Counted from the first letter of the stretch, positions 9,528-19,528 are shown. The stretch: DNA of 64,000 nucleotides from Saprospiraceae bacterium (GCA_021298575.1 JAJTFM010000013.1:5291-69290); one strand, 5' to 3'. Numbers and translations: made by a program. The notes: a model not told the origin generated them from the letters alone.

Positions 9528-11198
9528 ATGATCCGCGACAAAAATCCACCAGCTTGTTTTATTCCCTTTCTCAACCCGGTTTTTGAGGAGGACATATCCC
9601 GGCTTTTCAACAACCCTTTCAGTTATGAGCCACATCCGCTGTGTCTGAGGGCTATACTGGAACTGGAACCCAGACTCAAAGAGCTGGAGGAAATTCATAA
9701 TTTCGGATTTGGTAATGAGCCGGAGCGTGACGTATGCGGAAAAATGTTCGGGGTACTGGTTGTACAAAACCGGAGTACCGGCGAGACCGGTTATCTGGCC
9801 GCTTTTTCCGGCAAACTGGCAGGCAGCAATCATCACCAGGGTTTTGTTCCTCCAGTATTTGATATACTTGAAGAGGGGGGATTCTTTCGCAGGGGAGAGG
9901 CTATACTAAATGAAATAAACCGGGAGACGGAGCAACTGGAAAACAGTGGAATTTTCCGGCAACTGGAAAAGGAACTGCAAAGCGAAGTATCGGAAGCCGA
10001 ATTACATATCGGACAATTAAAAGAAACGCACCAGGCAAAAAAGTTTGGCAGGACTGCCCGACGCGAGGCTGGTGAGGGAAATCAGGCACTGATCAGGAAA
10101 CAACTGGAGGAAGAAAGTGCGCGCGATCACTTTGAGATGAAAGATCTGAAAAGATACTGGAAAATCCGCGTTGATACAGCAAGAAACAATCTGGAACAGT
10201 ACAATGCCCGTATCAATGCACTGAAAGAACAGAGAAAACGCGGATCAGCAGCACTACAGCAACAGATATTCGAGCACTACTCATTTCTGAACGCGCGGGG
10301 AGAACGAAAAAGCCTGGGAGAAATATTTTCACATACCGGAGTACAGCCACCTGCAGGTGCGGGCGAATGTGCCGCACCGAAACTTCTCCAGTATGCATTC
10401 ATCCGGCAATTGAAGCCAATTGCAATGGCAGAATTCTGGTGGGGAGCTTCGCCTCCCGGAGAAATCAGACGACATCGCCACTTCTATCCGGCATGTCGCG
10501 GAAAATGCCTCCCCATACTTGGCCACATGCTGGAAGGAATGGAAGTTGAGCAAACAGAAAGCCGGACAAATACAACCAGTGATATTGTCATCCTGTATAA
10601 AGATGAGCATATTGTGGTATTAGAAAAGCCCTCTGGAGTACTTTCAGTGCCTGGCAAGGAGGAGAGTGACTCTGTTTATACAAGAATCAGGGTAAAATAT
10701 CCACAGGCAACGGGATCTGTAATTGTTCACCGGCTCGATATGTCCACTTCAGGTCTGATGTTAATTGCCCTGCATGCTGAAGCACATAAAGTACTGCAGC
10801 ATCAGTTTCTGACAAGAAGTGTGGAAAAAAGATACACTGCCCTGCTCGACGGGATAGTAGAAAAGAGAGAGGGAACCATTGACCTGCCGCTCCGGGTTGA
10901 TCTCGATGACCGTCCGAGGCAAATGGTATGTTACGAACACGGGAAAGCCGCGCGAACGCACTGGCGCGTGAGCGGGTACGAGGCAGGGAAAACGAGGATA
11001 CATTTTTACCCGGTGACCGGGCGTACTCATCAACTGAGGGTACATGCGGCTCATCCTGACGGACTTGACACACCAATAACAGGTGACGAATTGTATGGTA
11101 CAGGAGGGACAAGACTTCATCTGCACGCCGATCGGCTGCAGTTTACTCACCCGGTGAGCGGCGTACAGATGAAATTTGAGGCGCAGGATGCCTTCTGA
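9528..11198 (+). CDS. RluA-family pseudouridine synthase with a ~330-aa N-terminal extension
   Basis: C-terminal HRLDMSTSGLMLIA catalytic-Asp motif and TGRTHQLRVH. The N-terminal part contains a coiled-coil insert and Cys motifs (GECAAPKLL, YPACRGKC). Confidence 0.85.
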   Translation: MIRDKNPPACFIPFLNPVFEEDISRLFNNPFSYEPHPLCLRAILELEPRLKELEEIHNFGFGNEPERDVCGKMFGVLVVQNRSTGETGYLAAFSGKLAGSNHHQGFVPPVFDILEEGGFFRRGEAILNEINRETEQLENSGIFRQLEKELQSEVSEAELHIGQLKETHQAKKFGRTARREAGEGNQALIRKQLEEESARDHFEMKDLKRYWKIRVDTARNNLEQYNARINALKEQRKRGSAALQQQIFEHYSFLNARGERKSLGEIFSHTGVQPPAGAGECAAPKLLQYAFIRQLKPIAMAEFWWGASPPGEIRRHRHFYPACRGKCLPILGHMLEGMEVEQTESRTNTTSDIVILYKDEHIVVLEKPSGVLSVPGKEESDSVYTRIRVKYPQATGSVIVHRLDMSTSGLMLIALHAEAHKVLQHQFLTRSVEKRYTALLDGIVEKREGTIDLPLRVDLDDRPRQMVCYEHGKAARTHWRVSGYEAGKTRIHFYPVTGRTHQLRVHAAHPDGLDTPITGDELYGTGGTRLHLHADRLQFTHPVSGVQMKFEAQDAF

Positions 11199-11202
11199 GC
11201 TG

Positions 11203-11355
11203 AGAGCTTGTTCAGGATTCTCTGCCGGTGGCAAAAACAGGCTGATTTTTTGTCAGTTTTTGCATTTTTGAAGGCGCATAGCCGGAGCTACGCAACTGAA
11301 AAAAGGTGAAAAATGAGACGTTTTTGACTCGGTGAGAGAATCCTGAACAAGCTCT
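11203..11355 (+). mobile_element. MITE-like element, copy 1 (153 bp, 21-nt TIR AGAGCTTGTTCAGGATTCTCT)
   Basis: Perfect 21-nt inverted termini. Near-identical to the copies at 21521, 21927 and 30876. It fills the gap between the convergent RluA-family and DoxX genes. Confidence 0.85.
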
Positions 11356-11738
11356 TAGCCAATTATTGAACGGTCTTTAGCCAGATTGGCTGCATACAGC
11401 ATGGCAGCACCGGCGTGACTAAGGTCGCGGAGCAGGTAGCCAAGGTTTGACTGCGCAGCTTCGCCACCTGACATAGCACCCGGGAGATAAATCAGAACAG
11501 CAAAAAGCAACAGCATCACGCTCAGCAGCGTTGCAGCAAGCTTATCATACTTGCCCAACAGAATAGATACAGCAGCAGCTATCAGTCCGAGGCCTGAGAG
11601 ATATACCCAGATTACAGCGGCGGGCATGTATGACGGAACCATACTGGCCATGGCATCGGCTTTCATCAGGTGAAACAGACCGAATACAGCGAACGGGATT
11701 ACAAAAAAGTAGCGGCCAAGTGAGAGGAAAGCGTTCAT
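11355..11738 (-). CDS. DoxX-family membrane protein
   Basis: 127 aa with 4 TM helices. N-terminus MNAFLSLGRYFFVIPFAVFGLFHL is typical of DoxX. Confidence 0.7.
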   Translation of the reverse strand: MNAFLSLGRYFFVIPFAVFGLFHLMKADAMASMVPSYMPAAVIWVYLSGLGLIAAAVSILLGKYDKLAATLLSVMLLLFAVLIYLPGAMSGGEAAQSNLGYLLRDLSHAGAAMLYAANLAKDRSIIG

Positions 11739-11798
11739 ACAGATATTTTTCGTTTTACAGGATGAAGAGAAGTTGGTTGGTGATGGATATTCCGGTTA

Positions 11799-11836
11799 CA
11801 AAAAATCCCGGATCTTCAGGAAATGAAGATCCGGGA
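11799..11836 (-). terminator. Rho-independent terminator downstream of gldN
   Basis: Perfect 12-bp stem TCCCGGATCTTC/GAAGATCCGGGA (11806-11817 / 11825-11836) with a 7-nt loop, followed on the minus strand by a T-tract. Confidence 0.75.
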
Positions 11837-11863
11837 TAAGAATTGACAGACGACAGCAGCAGA

Positions 11864-12745
11864 TTAATACTGCCAGAGATCGTGTTCCCAGTTGAAAATC
11901 TCGCCTTTGATACGCTCTGATTCCATCTGAAGGTCCACGCTAGGTGGAATATAGTCTTCCAGTTTGCGGTCGTACACGTTTGACTCTTTGTAAACGTAGC
12001 TTGCGAAATAGCGCATTTCGAAGTAGTCGTCCCAGGAAATAGTGGCATTCATATTGCCTCCCATGGTATATACGCGGTGGCGCGCGAAGAGTTCGCGAGC
12101 GTGCGGGTAATACACCCAGAACATCGGCTTTTCGAAGCGGAAGTTACCTTCATTGTCGCGCACGTCAATCATCGGAGCGATACCGAGGATACGAACCTGC
12201 ATGGTTGAAGTCTCCTTGTCGAAGAACCATACTTCCTTGATACGGAAACGCTTCACGTCTTCCCAGTTGATGTCGTTATTAACGATCGTGATTTTTTCCT
12301 CGTAAGTTTCAGGATCGAAAGTGATAACGGTATCGGACTTGGAGAGCATGGAGAGAACATCCTCTGTGCTCAGGCGCTTTTTGAATTTTGCACCGTCTTC
12401 GTCAACGCTATAAACGGGCAAATCGCCTTTAGTTGCAGCGTCTGAGAGAATTTTGAAGAACGGCTGTTCAGGATAAGCGAACGGCAGGTTCATTTTCTCA
12501 CGAACGTCAATAACGCGCCAGATACGTTTTTCCCAAAAGACATCACTTTCGCGAACAGGCTGATAGGCCAGCACTCTGCGTTCACCCATGATTTCCTTTT
12601 TGACTACATCGTCAATTGCGCCACCTTCCGGTTCTTCAGTAGCTGTTACCTCTTCAGACTCGATTTCCTCGGGATCCTGAGCGAAAGCAGTGGTTCCGAC
12701 AAAGAGGAAGAGGGAGAGGCACATCCATTTTACTAATGTTTGCAT
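11864..12745 (-). CDS. gldN: Gliding motility / T9SS protein GldN (PorN)
   Basis: 293 aa with a signal peptide. Motifs WEKRIWRVIDVREKMN and KEVWFFDKETSTMQVRILGIAP. Last gene of the gldKLMN order. Confidence 0.85.
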   Translation of the reverse strand: MQTLVKWMCLSLFLFVGTTAFAQDPEEIESEEVTATEEPEGGAIDDVVKKEIMGERRVLAYQPVRESDVFWEKRIWRVIDVREKMNLPFAYPEQPFFKILSDAATKGDLPVYSVDEDGAKFKKRLSTEDVLSMLSKSDTVITFDPETYEEKITIVNNDINWEDVKRFRIKEVWFFDKETSTMQVRILGIAPMIDVRDNEGNFRFEKPMFWVYYPHARELFARHRVYTMGGNMNATISWDDYFEMRYFASYVYKESNVYDRKLEDYIPPSVDLQMESERIKGEIFNWEHDLWQY

Positions 12746-12780
12746 GGCTCGTGCAGTTTTGGGTTAATGTTGTGAAAAAA

Positions 12781-14313
12781 TTACCTGATTTTGTATGCCA
12801 GACCACCGATATTACGAGCGGCGGCATCACCCGGGCACTTGCATTTTACATCATCGAAGAAGTAGGAGTCGCCCGGCTTGGCCTTGTTTATATATTCAGC
12901 TACCTGAGGGTTCCAGCGAGCACCTACGTTTTGTGCAGTGATAGGATCCTGACGTTTGGGAAGGTATGTGACCTCAAAACCTACAACGTCGCATTTTGCA
13001 TCGAAGTCGAAGTTTTCCAGCAGAGCAGCGATACCACCCTGAGCCTTGAATTCACCATTCGGCATAACACCACCTTTGTTTTTGGGGTTGCCACCGAGAC
13101 GGGGGTTCGGGTCAGGAATACGCTTGACGCGGTATTGGAAAGTTTGTGAAGCACCTCCTCCTGAAACCGTAAGTGATGCATCGCCGGGAGTGGTAACGTT
13201 GATAGTGTACTTGCCACCACCGTTATCCTGCAGACTGATACCACCACCTGAGCCGGTAACTTTTACTTCATTGGAAGAAACGCCGGCAGCTGAAACGCTG
13301 ATCGGGTTTGGAACACCGATATAGAACACGTTCATTTTGTCGAGAGAAACTGCTACAGAGCGCTGACCAACCTCATACTTGAATTCTTTCTGATAGTTGT
13401 CAGTTTTACCTGTAAGCGGGTTCTTCACGTTGATGCTTACATTCAGTTTCCGTTCACCTACACCGCTGGTGCCGGTTTCATAGCGGCCGATACCGTCTTT
13501 GAGCGGCACGTTGCTTCCGTTTACGTTGATGCTGATGTTATCAGCTGTACTGCTGTATGCGCTGAGGAACACATCCGCGGCGTATCTGTCGCCGGAGATA
13601 ACATAACTTTTCTCAGCGGACAGAGCCGGAGTAAATTTATCGAATTTGATATCTTCACCACCTACTTTATTGGCGATGTAGCTGAGTACAGCAGAATACG
13701 AGTTCTTTGCATCGCTTTGCAGTTTACCCAGAATAGGGAACACAGCTGCGACAGGCATTTGCTTGAACTTGTACTCAGGCCAGTTTTTAGCGGCTACTCC
13801 GCGCGGAAGTTCTTCGATATTGAGTGGCAGAGAGCGCGCAACAGTTGAGTCGCCATCGGAGAGCTCAAGAAGGATTCTGCGGGTCTCATTCACCTTGTCC
13901 TCGATTTCCTTGCCCAGACCATCATTGATGAACATCTTGGTGGTCAGGTCTTTGTTACGGATATCTTTTGGTTGGCCTTCTACTTTAGGGTTTGGGCCGC
14001 CAGCTTTTTCGAAAAGTGTTTTGCGTACACCCTCGACATAGGCTATAAAATTGTCAGCCACTTCCTTGGCTTTCTCCGCATTGGAGCGGTACTTCTTGTT
14101 TATCTCGGAATCATACGCCTCTACTTCCTTGACGATGCTCTTCATTACCGCCTCGTTAGAGCGGTCAACGATGGCACCCGTATCTTTCATCCCTTTATCA
14201 AGAGAGAAGAAAGCATTCATCACCTCAGCAGACACGTTCAATGCCAGCAGCGCGGTCAACACAAGATACATGAGGTTAATCATGAGTTGTCGCGGCTCCT
14301 TTGGTATGGACAT
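12781..14313 (-). CDS. gldM: Gliding motility / T9SS protein GldM (PorM)
   Basis: 510 aa. N-terminus MSIPKEPRQLMINLMYLVLTALLALNVSAEV is typical of GldM. Confidence 0.9.
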   Translation of the reverse strand: MSIPKEPRQLMINLMYLVLTALLALNVSAEVMNAFFSLDKGMKDTGAIVDRSNEAVMKSIVKEVEAYDSEINKKYRSNAEKAKEVADNFIAYVEGVRKTLFEKAGGPNPKVEGQPKDIRNKDLTTKMFINDGLGKEIEDKVNETRRILLELSDGDSTVARSLPLNIEELPRGVAAKNWPEYKFKQMPVAAVFPILGKLQSDAKNSYSAVLSYIANKVGGEDIKFDKFTPALSAEKSYVISGDRYAADVFLSAYSSTADNISINVNGSNVPLKDGIGRYETGTSGVGERKLNVSINVKNPLTGKTDNYQKEFKYEVGQRSVAVSLDKMNVFYIGVPNPISVSAAGVSSNEVKVTGSGGGISLQDNGGGKYTINVTTPGDASLTVSGGGASQTFQYRVKRIPDPNPRLGGNPKNKGGVMPNGEFKAQGGIAALLENFDFDAKCDVVGFEVTYLPKRQDPITAQNVGARWNPQVAEYINKAKPGDSYFFDDVKCKCPGDAAARNIGGLAYKIR

Positions 14314-14368
14314 GAGTTCTTACGTTTTTAATAGTGAGAAAATCGGAACTTGAAATCTGCTTCGGAAA

Positions 14369-14962
14369 TTACTGGCGACCGATGTTGGACATCGCTGCGA
14401 GCATATTGCCGTAAACAGTGTTCAGGGAACCGAGGTTTTTGTTAAGGGATGCCATCTGGTCTTTGTAAGCCTTCACGTCATCGGAAGATTTGGCCATATC
14501 GGCCATAGCTTCGTTCAGCTTGGTGTAGAAGTTGCTCATAGTTTTAACCTGCTCCTGTGTACCGGAGAAATCAACCTCCTGAAGAGCCTTGAGAGCACCG
14601 AGGCTCTTTGACATAGACTGCAGTTCAGTGAGCATCCCACCGAGCTGGCGCTCGATGACGTCTCCGTGGAGCGGAGTACCCATGTCAACATTGTTTTGCG
14701 GGCCGGCTGTGAGCGGCTGTATGCGGGAACCGTAGTCGGAAAGACCCGGATAGAGTTTATCCCAGTAATAGTCGGCATCAGGGCCGAGGACACCCAGCAT
14801 AAGGAAGATGAAAATCTCGATACTCATACCAAGGATAAGCATCTCGGAAGCGCCTTCCCATGATTCCAGTTTGAAAAGTGCACCTGCAAGAACGAAAGCG
14901 GCACCTACGCCAATCATCAAATTCTTGAAGTACTTAAAGCCCTTGCTTTTGACGAAACTCAT
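14369..14962 (-). CDS. gldL: Gliding motility / T9SS protein GldL (PorL)
   Basis: 197 aa with two N-terminal TM helices (KYFKNLMIGVGAAFVLAGALFKLESWEGA). Position between gldK and gldM. Confidence 0.9.
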   Translation of the reverse strand: MSFVKSKGFKYFKNLMIGVGAAFVLAGALFKLESWEGASEMLILGMSIEIFIFLMLGVLGPDADYYWDKLYPGLSDYGSRIQPLTAGPQNNVDMGTPLHGDVIERQLGGMLTELQSMSKSLGALKALQEVDFSGTQEQVKTMSNFYTKLNEAMADMAKSSDDVKAYKDQMASLNKNLGSLNTVYGNMLAAMSNIGRQ

Positions 14963-15095
14963 TGTTTTTTACTTTTAAGCAGTTTTAAAGAAAGATCAGT
15001 TCAAGTTGTCATGGTTCGAGGGGGCGGCGCTGAACCAACGCCGCGGGCAGCCCGGCAGTGCAACAAAACGCCGGGGGATAGCATTGGAAATTTCC

Positions 15096-16370
15096 TTAGA
15101 AATCGTTAATGGAACGACCGAGGAATGTCAGAACACAGCGGAAACCAACGTAGCACTTGGTAGTATCCTGGTACTCGAAAGTACGTGTACCTGTATTCAT
15201 AAAGAACGCCACATCTTTCCAGGATCCACCGCGAATAACCTTGCGCTTGGCAGTTTTATCGTCGGATTCCTTGGCATCAACGCGGATATCGGGGTTCAGA
15301 TCATGCATGAAAGAATATGCATTCTCGAAATAGGCAGTCTCAGTCCACTCAGCTACGTTACCAGCCATACAGAACAGACCGTAGTCGTTCGGATAGTAAC
15401 CATCGGCTTTTACAGTGTAAAGACCTCCATCTTCAGGGTAGTTACCGCGACCAGGCTTGAAGTTAGCCAGCAGGCAACCCTTGGCATTACGAGTGTAGTA
15501 GGCACCCCATGGATAGGGAGCTCCTTCACGACCGCCGCGAGCAGCATATTCCCATTCATGCTCGGTTGGCAGACGGAAGTCTTCGGAAACTTCGGCAGTT
15601 TCACCGTACATATTCCAAAGCTTGGTACGCCAGTAGCAGAAGGCCTTGGCCATCTTCCAGTTAACACCTACAACAGGATAGTCGTCGAATGACGGGTGCC
15701 AGAAATAGTTGCGGGTCATAGGCTCGTTATAGGAATACGCGTAGTCGCGTACCCATGAAAGTGTATCGGGATACACCTTGATTTTCTCGCGATGGATATG
15801 ACTGGTGCGATTGGACGTGCGGTCATGCGCAGCACGCTGCCAGTCGTACCACTGGAATTCGAATACCAGTTTGGTTACGTCGAGTTCTTTGCGACCTGCA
15901 AAGCGCTCGTTACCCTGGTAATACATGTCTTCCAGAACACCGTCACCTTCGGCATCTCCTTCCCAGTCAATCTCCTGTTCCCAGTCGATGATATTCTGAG
16001 GTGGCTGCTGGTCGTTTTCGGATTCTTCGACCACATGCTCGAGCTTGCGGTGAGCCAGCGAGTCGCGGACCCAGTTCACGAACTGGCGGTACTCGTTGTT
16101 GGTAATCTCCGTGTCATCCATAAAGAAGCCCTGAACAGAGATAGTCTTTGGACGTGCAACAAGAGATTTACTGAGATCTTCATCGCCAACACCGATCTGA
16201 AGTGTACCGGACGGAACATAGACCATGCCGTAGGGGTTGATACCCTTCCAACTGGGGCGATCAGTTACGCCGATCAGTTGACCACCCTCCTGGCGGCCAC
16301 AAGAAGCAATGATAACTGCAAAAAAGAGCAGTAAAAGGGTTGAAAGCTGTAGTTTTTTCATTTTAAACAC
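15096..16370 (-). CDS. gldK: Gliding motility / T9SS lipoprotein GldK (PorK), FGE-sulfatase (SUMF1) fold
   Basis: 424 aa. Lipobox IIASCG. Motifs PVVGVNWKMAKAFCYWR and RGGSWKD. First gene of the gldKLMN block. Confidence 0.9.
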   Translation of the reverse strand: MFKMKKLQLSTLLLLFFAVIIASCGRQEGGQLIGVTDRPSWKGINPYGMVYVPSGTLQIGVGDEDLSKSLVARPKTISVQGFFMDDTEITNNEYRQFVNWVRDSLAHRKLEHVVEESENDQQPPQNIIDWEQEIDWEGDAEGDGVLEDMYYQGNERFAGRKELDVTKLVFEFQWYDWQRAAHDRTSNRTSHIHREKIKVYPDTLSWVRDYAYSYNEPMTRNYFWHPSFDDYPVVGVNWKMAKAFCYWRTKLWNMYGETAEVSEDFRLPTEHEWEYAARGGREGAPYPWGAYYTRNAKGCLLANFKPGRGNYPEDGGLYTVKADGYYPNDYGLFCMAGNVAEWTETAYFENAYSFMHDLNPDIRVDAKESDDKTAKRKVIRGGSWKDVAFFMNTGTRTFEYQDTTKCYVGFRCVLTFLGRSINDF

Positions 16371-16544
16371 CCGATGGTTTCCTTACAAAAGTTGTACGGT
16401 TTGGAAAAAGTGGCCGTAAAGGTAGAAATGATTGAACTATTGAAAAAACAATTCCAAAAAATTTGGCACAAAGCTCAATCTTAACCCCTAAGGCATCAGA
16501 CAAACGACTTTTTAACTTTTTATTGTATTCAAAGTTAAAATTTT

Positions 16545-17504
16545 TCAAAAAAAACGAGGATTGTAAATCACAGGCGGCAATTTACCTACTCCTACAGGTT
16601 TATTCAGGCTGTATCGCAGCAAAAGTTCATGGCTTCCGCGGCTTACCGAGCCTAATGATGAACGAGAAACGTCAAAAGCGTATAGTATTGTTGTCCTCTC
16701 ATTCATTTTTAACCCGCCAAGTAAAACAAATGCATCCTTTGATGAATTTCCGAATCCCCGGAATGAAAAGCCGGCAAATGTACTCTCTCTCCAGTTAATA
16801 ACCGCAGAAATATCTGCTTGTGTCTTCACAAGGTCAGTTTTAACTAAAATGGAGGGTATAAATACCGCGCCTTCCGTTATAACCACACGATAATCGGCGT
16901 GCAGATATCCGTGCGGCAAAAGCTCAACACCAAAATCAGATGGCATGGCACCACTCAGTACCGGCTGAAAGGAAATTCCGGCCGACCATTTCTCCGCGCG
17001 GAAGTACACGCCTGCATCGGCAAAAAGTGTGGCAGCAGACTGCTTTCCCAGTGGCAGTAGTGCATCGTTATGCGAAAAGTCTGAATCCGTGTAAATACCG
17101 TCGGGAGCCCTGAGTCGGGCACCATCAAGAACATACTGCTGATAGCCCAGACTTGTACCCACAGAAAGCACTCCCACTGTTCCAGCCTGTATCTGACAAT
17201 TGTAGCTGAGAGAAACGTGACTCCGGGCATGCGCCCCTGCCGACTCGTTTGAAACCCTGATCCCTGCACCGCTGCTTATGGCATATACAGGCAGGTGAGC
17301 ATTACAATACTGGCTGACCGGAGCACCTTCCAAACCTGACCACTGCTGCCGGTAAACGCCAGTTATAGTCAGTGTGGATTCCATTCCGGCATAAGCGGGA
17401 TTAAATTGATATGGATTCCAGGCATACAAACTGTATTGCGGCGTCTGCTGGGCTTGCAGGCGAATCATAACAAAGACAAACAGCAGACTGAATGGAAGCC
17501 TCAT
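16545..17504 (-). CDS. porP: PorP/SprF-family T9SS outer-membrane protein
   Basis: PQYSLYAWNPYQFNPAYAGME...YRQQWSGLEGAP signature. The preferred start is M7 (MRLPFSLLFVFVMIRLQAQ), which removes the overlap with the upstream gene. Confidence 0.85.
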   Translation of the reverse strand: MRLPFSLLFVFVMIRLQAQQTPQYSLYAWNPYQFNPAYAGMESTLTITGVYRQQWSGLEGAPVSQYCNAHLPVYAISSGAGIRVSNESAGAHARSHVSLSYNCQIQAGTVGVLSVGTSLGYQQYVLDGARLRAPDGIYTDSDFSHNDALLPLGKQSAATLFADAGVYFRAEKWSAGISFQPVLSGAMPSDFGVELLPHGYLHADYRVVITEGAVFIPSILVKTDLVKTQADISAVINWRESTFAGFSFRGFGNSSKDAFVLLGGLKMNERTTILYAFDVSRSSLGSVSRGSHELLLRYSLNKPVGVGKLPPVIYNPRFF

Positions 17505-17506
17505 AT

Positions 17507-19528
17507 TCAGATCATTTCCCAAAGTTCGTCCAAAGATACTACCGGCGCCCGACAGGCAAAGTTTTCACACAAATAAATGAGCGATTCTTTTTGTCCCGGC
17601 TTGCCCGAGAAAAGCGGAATAACGCTCTCATACCCGTCAGATGCCATCACTACACTGTTGGGAATAAACTTTTTTCTGATAGCAGCAGCCTTTTCATCTG
17701 CATCACCACCCACTACAGCTATCTGCACTGGCGGCTGGGTACGATGTAAAAATGCCTGCGCCCAGCCTGAAAATGAAAGTGGAAACTGTATGACCGACGC
17801 TCTCATGGTATCGAGCATTCGGCCAGGGATATTGCTCCATTCTGCATGGCTCACAATCAGATTTAGCCGTTGCAGATTGTGAATCATCGTACTGTTCCCG
17901 GAAGGGGTAGCATTGTCATAAAAGTCTTTCTTCCTCACAATTATATCAGTCTGATTCCGGCGCGTACTGTACATATTGTGCTGCTCCGGATCATAAAATG
18001 CTTCCAGTACATATTCTGTGTAGCGTTCAGCAAGCTCCAGATATCTGACTTCAGAGGTAATAACGAGCAGGTCCAGCAGGGCAGCAATCAGGAAGGCATA
18101 ATCGTCGAGAAATGCCGGGATGGCCCCTCCTCCCGTGCGCGCGTGCACAGGATAACCGTCTTCACACATCTGTCCGACGAGATAATCCATATTTTTAACA
18201 GCAGCAGCCTTGTAGTTTTCATCGCCGAGTACCATATACGCTTTGGCATAAGCCGAACACATCAGCGCATTCCAGTCGAGTAACACCTTGGTATCGAGCA
18301 GTGGCCATATCCTTTTAGAGCGCTCCGTCAATAACTTCATTCTCTGGTTGTATAATTTCCGGTGAATGAACGGACTCTCTTCGAGATCAGCAGAACCTGT
18401 ACTCCGGTACAGAATATTTGTTTCTTCCCAGTTTCCTTCTTCGCTGACATTATAATATCGGCAGAATTCTTCAGAATCTGCTCCGAGTACTTCTCTGATT
18501 TCATCTTTTGTCCAGACATAAAATTTCCCCTCCACACCCTCTGAATCAGCATCCTGTGCGGTATAGAAGGCTCCTTCGGGACTTGTCATTTCCCTGCTGA
18601 CCCATTCCAGTGTTTCGCGAATTGTATCACTGAAAAGTGCTGTGAATCGCCCTGCGGGATCTTGAGCTGAAGCTATTTTACAGGCGTCGGCAAGTACGCC
18701 GATGAGCAATGCATTATCGTAGAGCATCTTTTCGAAATGCGGGATATTCCACTCCCTGTCGGTTGCATACCGGGCAAATCCGCCGCCGATCTGATCATAA
18801 ATACCGCCTGATATCATTTTTTCGAGTGAAAAGAAAGCGTGCTGCAATGCTTCAGGCTGCCGGAAATACCAGCTGTATTCCATCAGCCACTGAACGGCCA
18901 TGGTGGAGGGAAACTTGGGTGCCCCGCCGAAACCGCCGTGCGCAAAGTCGAACTGAGACCGGAGGCGTTCATAAATATCCTTTAACGGAGTACCGCCCTC
19001 ACCCTGATTTGCAGGGCTAACTACAGGCGGAGTATCCTTGCTGATATGCCCGGTGAGTCTTTCGGCCTGTTCGAGCACCGTTTCGCGGTGTGTCTCCCAC
19101 ACATCAGCCATATATTTTAACACATCGAGCCACGACGGGCGGTTATAGGCGGGTTGGGGCGGAAAATAGGTGCCCGCATAAAAAGGTTTTCCGTCGGGGG
19201 TCAGGAAGCAGTTGAGCGGCCATCCGCCACCGCCGGTCAGCAGCTGACACGCCTCCATATATATGGCGTCCACATCAGGCCTTTCTTCGCGGTCAACCTT
19301 GATACTGACAAAATATTTATTCATCAATTCAGCAACGGCAGGATCCTCAAATGACTCCCTCTCCATGACATGACACCAGTGACAGGTACTGTAACCTATA
19401 CTGACGATAACAGGTTTATGTTCGGCGCGGGCGCGCTCAAACGCTTCCGGGGACCATGGGTACCAGTCAACAGGATTGTGCGCGTGCTGTAGAAGGTAGG
19501 GCGACGTTTCTTCAGAGAGTCTGTTCAT
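17507..19528 (-). CDS. Thioredoxin-domain protein (DUF255 / YyaL / SPATA20-like)
   Basis: 673 aa. [18 protein letters not shown]...[18 protein letters not shown] motif, followed by a six-hairpin glycosidase-like domain. Confidence 0.85.
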   Translation of the reverse strand: MNRLSEETSPYLLQHAHNPVDWYPWSPEAFERARAEHKPVIVSIGYSTCHWCHVMERESFEDPAVAELMNKYFVSIKVDREERPDVDAIYMEACQLLTGGGGWPLNCFLTPDGKPFYAGTYFPPQPAYNRPSWLDVLKYMADVWETHRETVLEQAERLTGHISKDTPPVVSPANQGEGGTPLKDIYERLRSQFDFAHGGFGGAPKFPSTMAVQWLMEYSWYFRQPEALQHAFFSLEKMISGGIYDQIGGGFARYATDREWNIPHFEKMLYDNALLIGVLADACKIASAQDPAGRFTALFSDTIRETLEWVSREMTSPEGAFYTAQDADSEGVEGKFYVWTKDEIREVLGADSEEFCRYYNVSEEGNWEETNILYRSTGSADLEESPFIHRKLYNQRMKLLTERSKRIWPLLDTKVLLDWNALMCSAYAKAYMVLGDENYKAAAVKNMDYLVGQMCEDGYPVHARTGGGAIPAFLDDYAFLIAALLDLLVITSEVRYLELAERYTEYVLEAFYDPEQHNMYSTRRNQTDIIVRKKDFYDNATPSGNSTMIHNLQRLNLIVSHAEWSNIPGRMLDTMRASVIQFPLSFSGWAQAFLHRTQPPVQIAVVGGDADEKAAAIRKKFIPNSVVMASDGYESVIPLFSGKPGQKESLIYLCENFACRAPVVSLDELWEMI

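Noticed and set aside
10761-11234. ORFs that run through MITE copies and share the peptide PPAENPEQAL (also 21641-22135)
   Set aside because: The shared peptide is just the translation of the terminal inverted repeat. The ORFs otherwise overlap real genes on the opposite strand (10761-11234 lies antisense to the RluA-family gene; 21641-22135 overlaps the pabB 3' end) or cross intergenic repeat DNA.
15006-15040. GGTTCGAGGGGG resembling a tRNA T-arm
   Set aside because: No acceptor, D or anticodon stems can be built around it. It lies in the gldK-gldL spacer and is better explained as part of local GC-rich hairpins.
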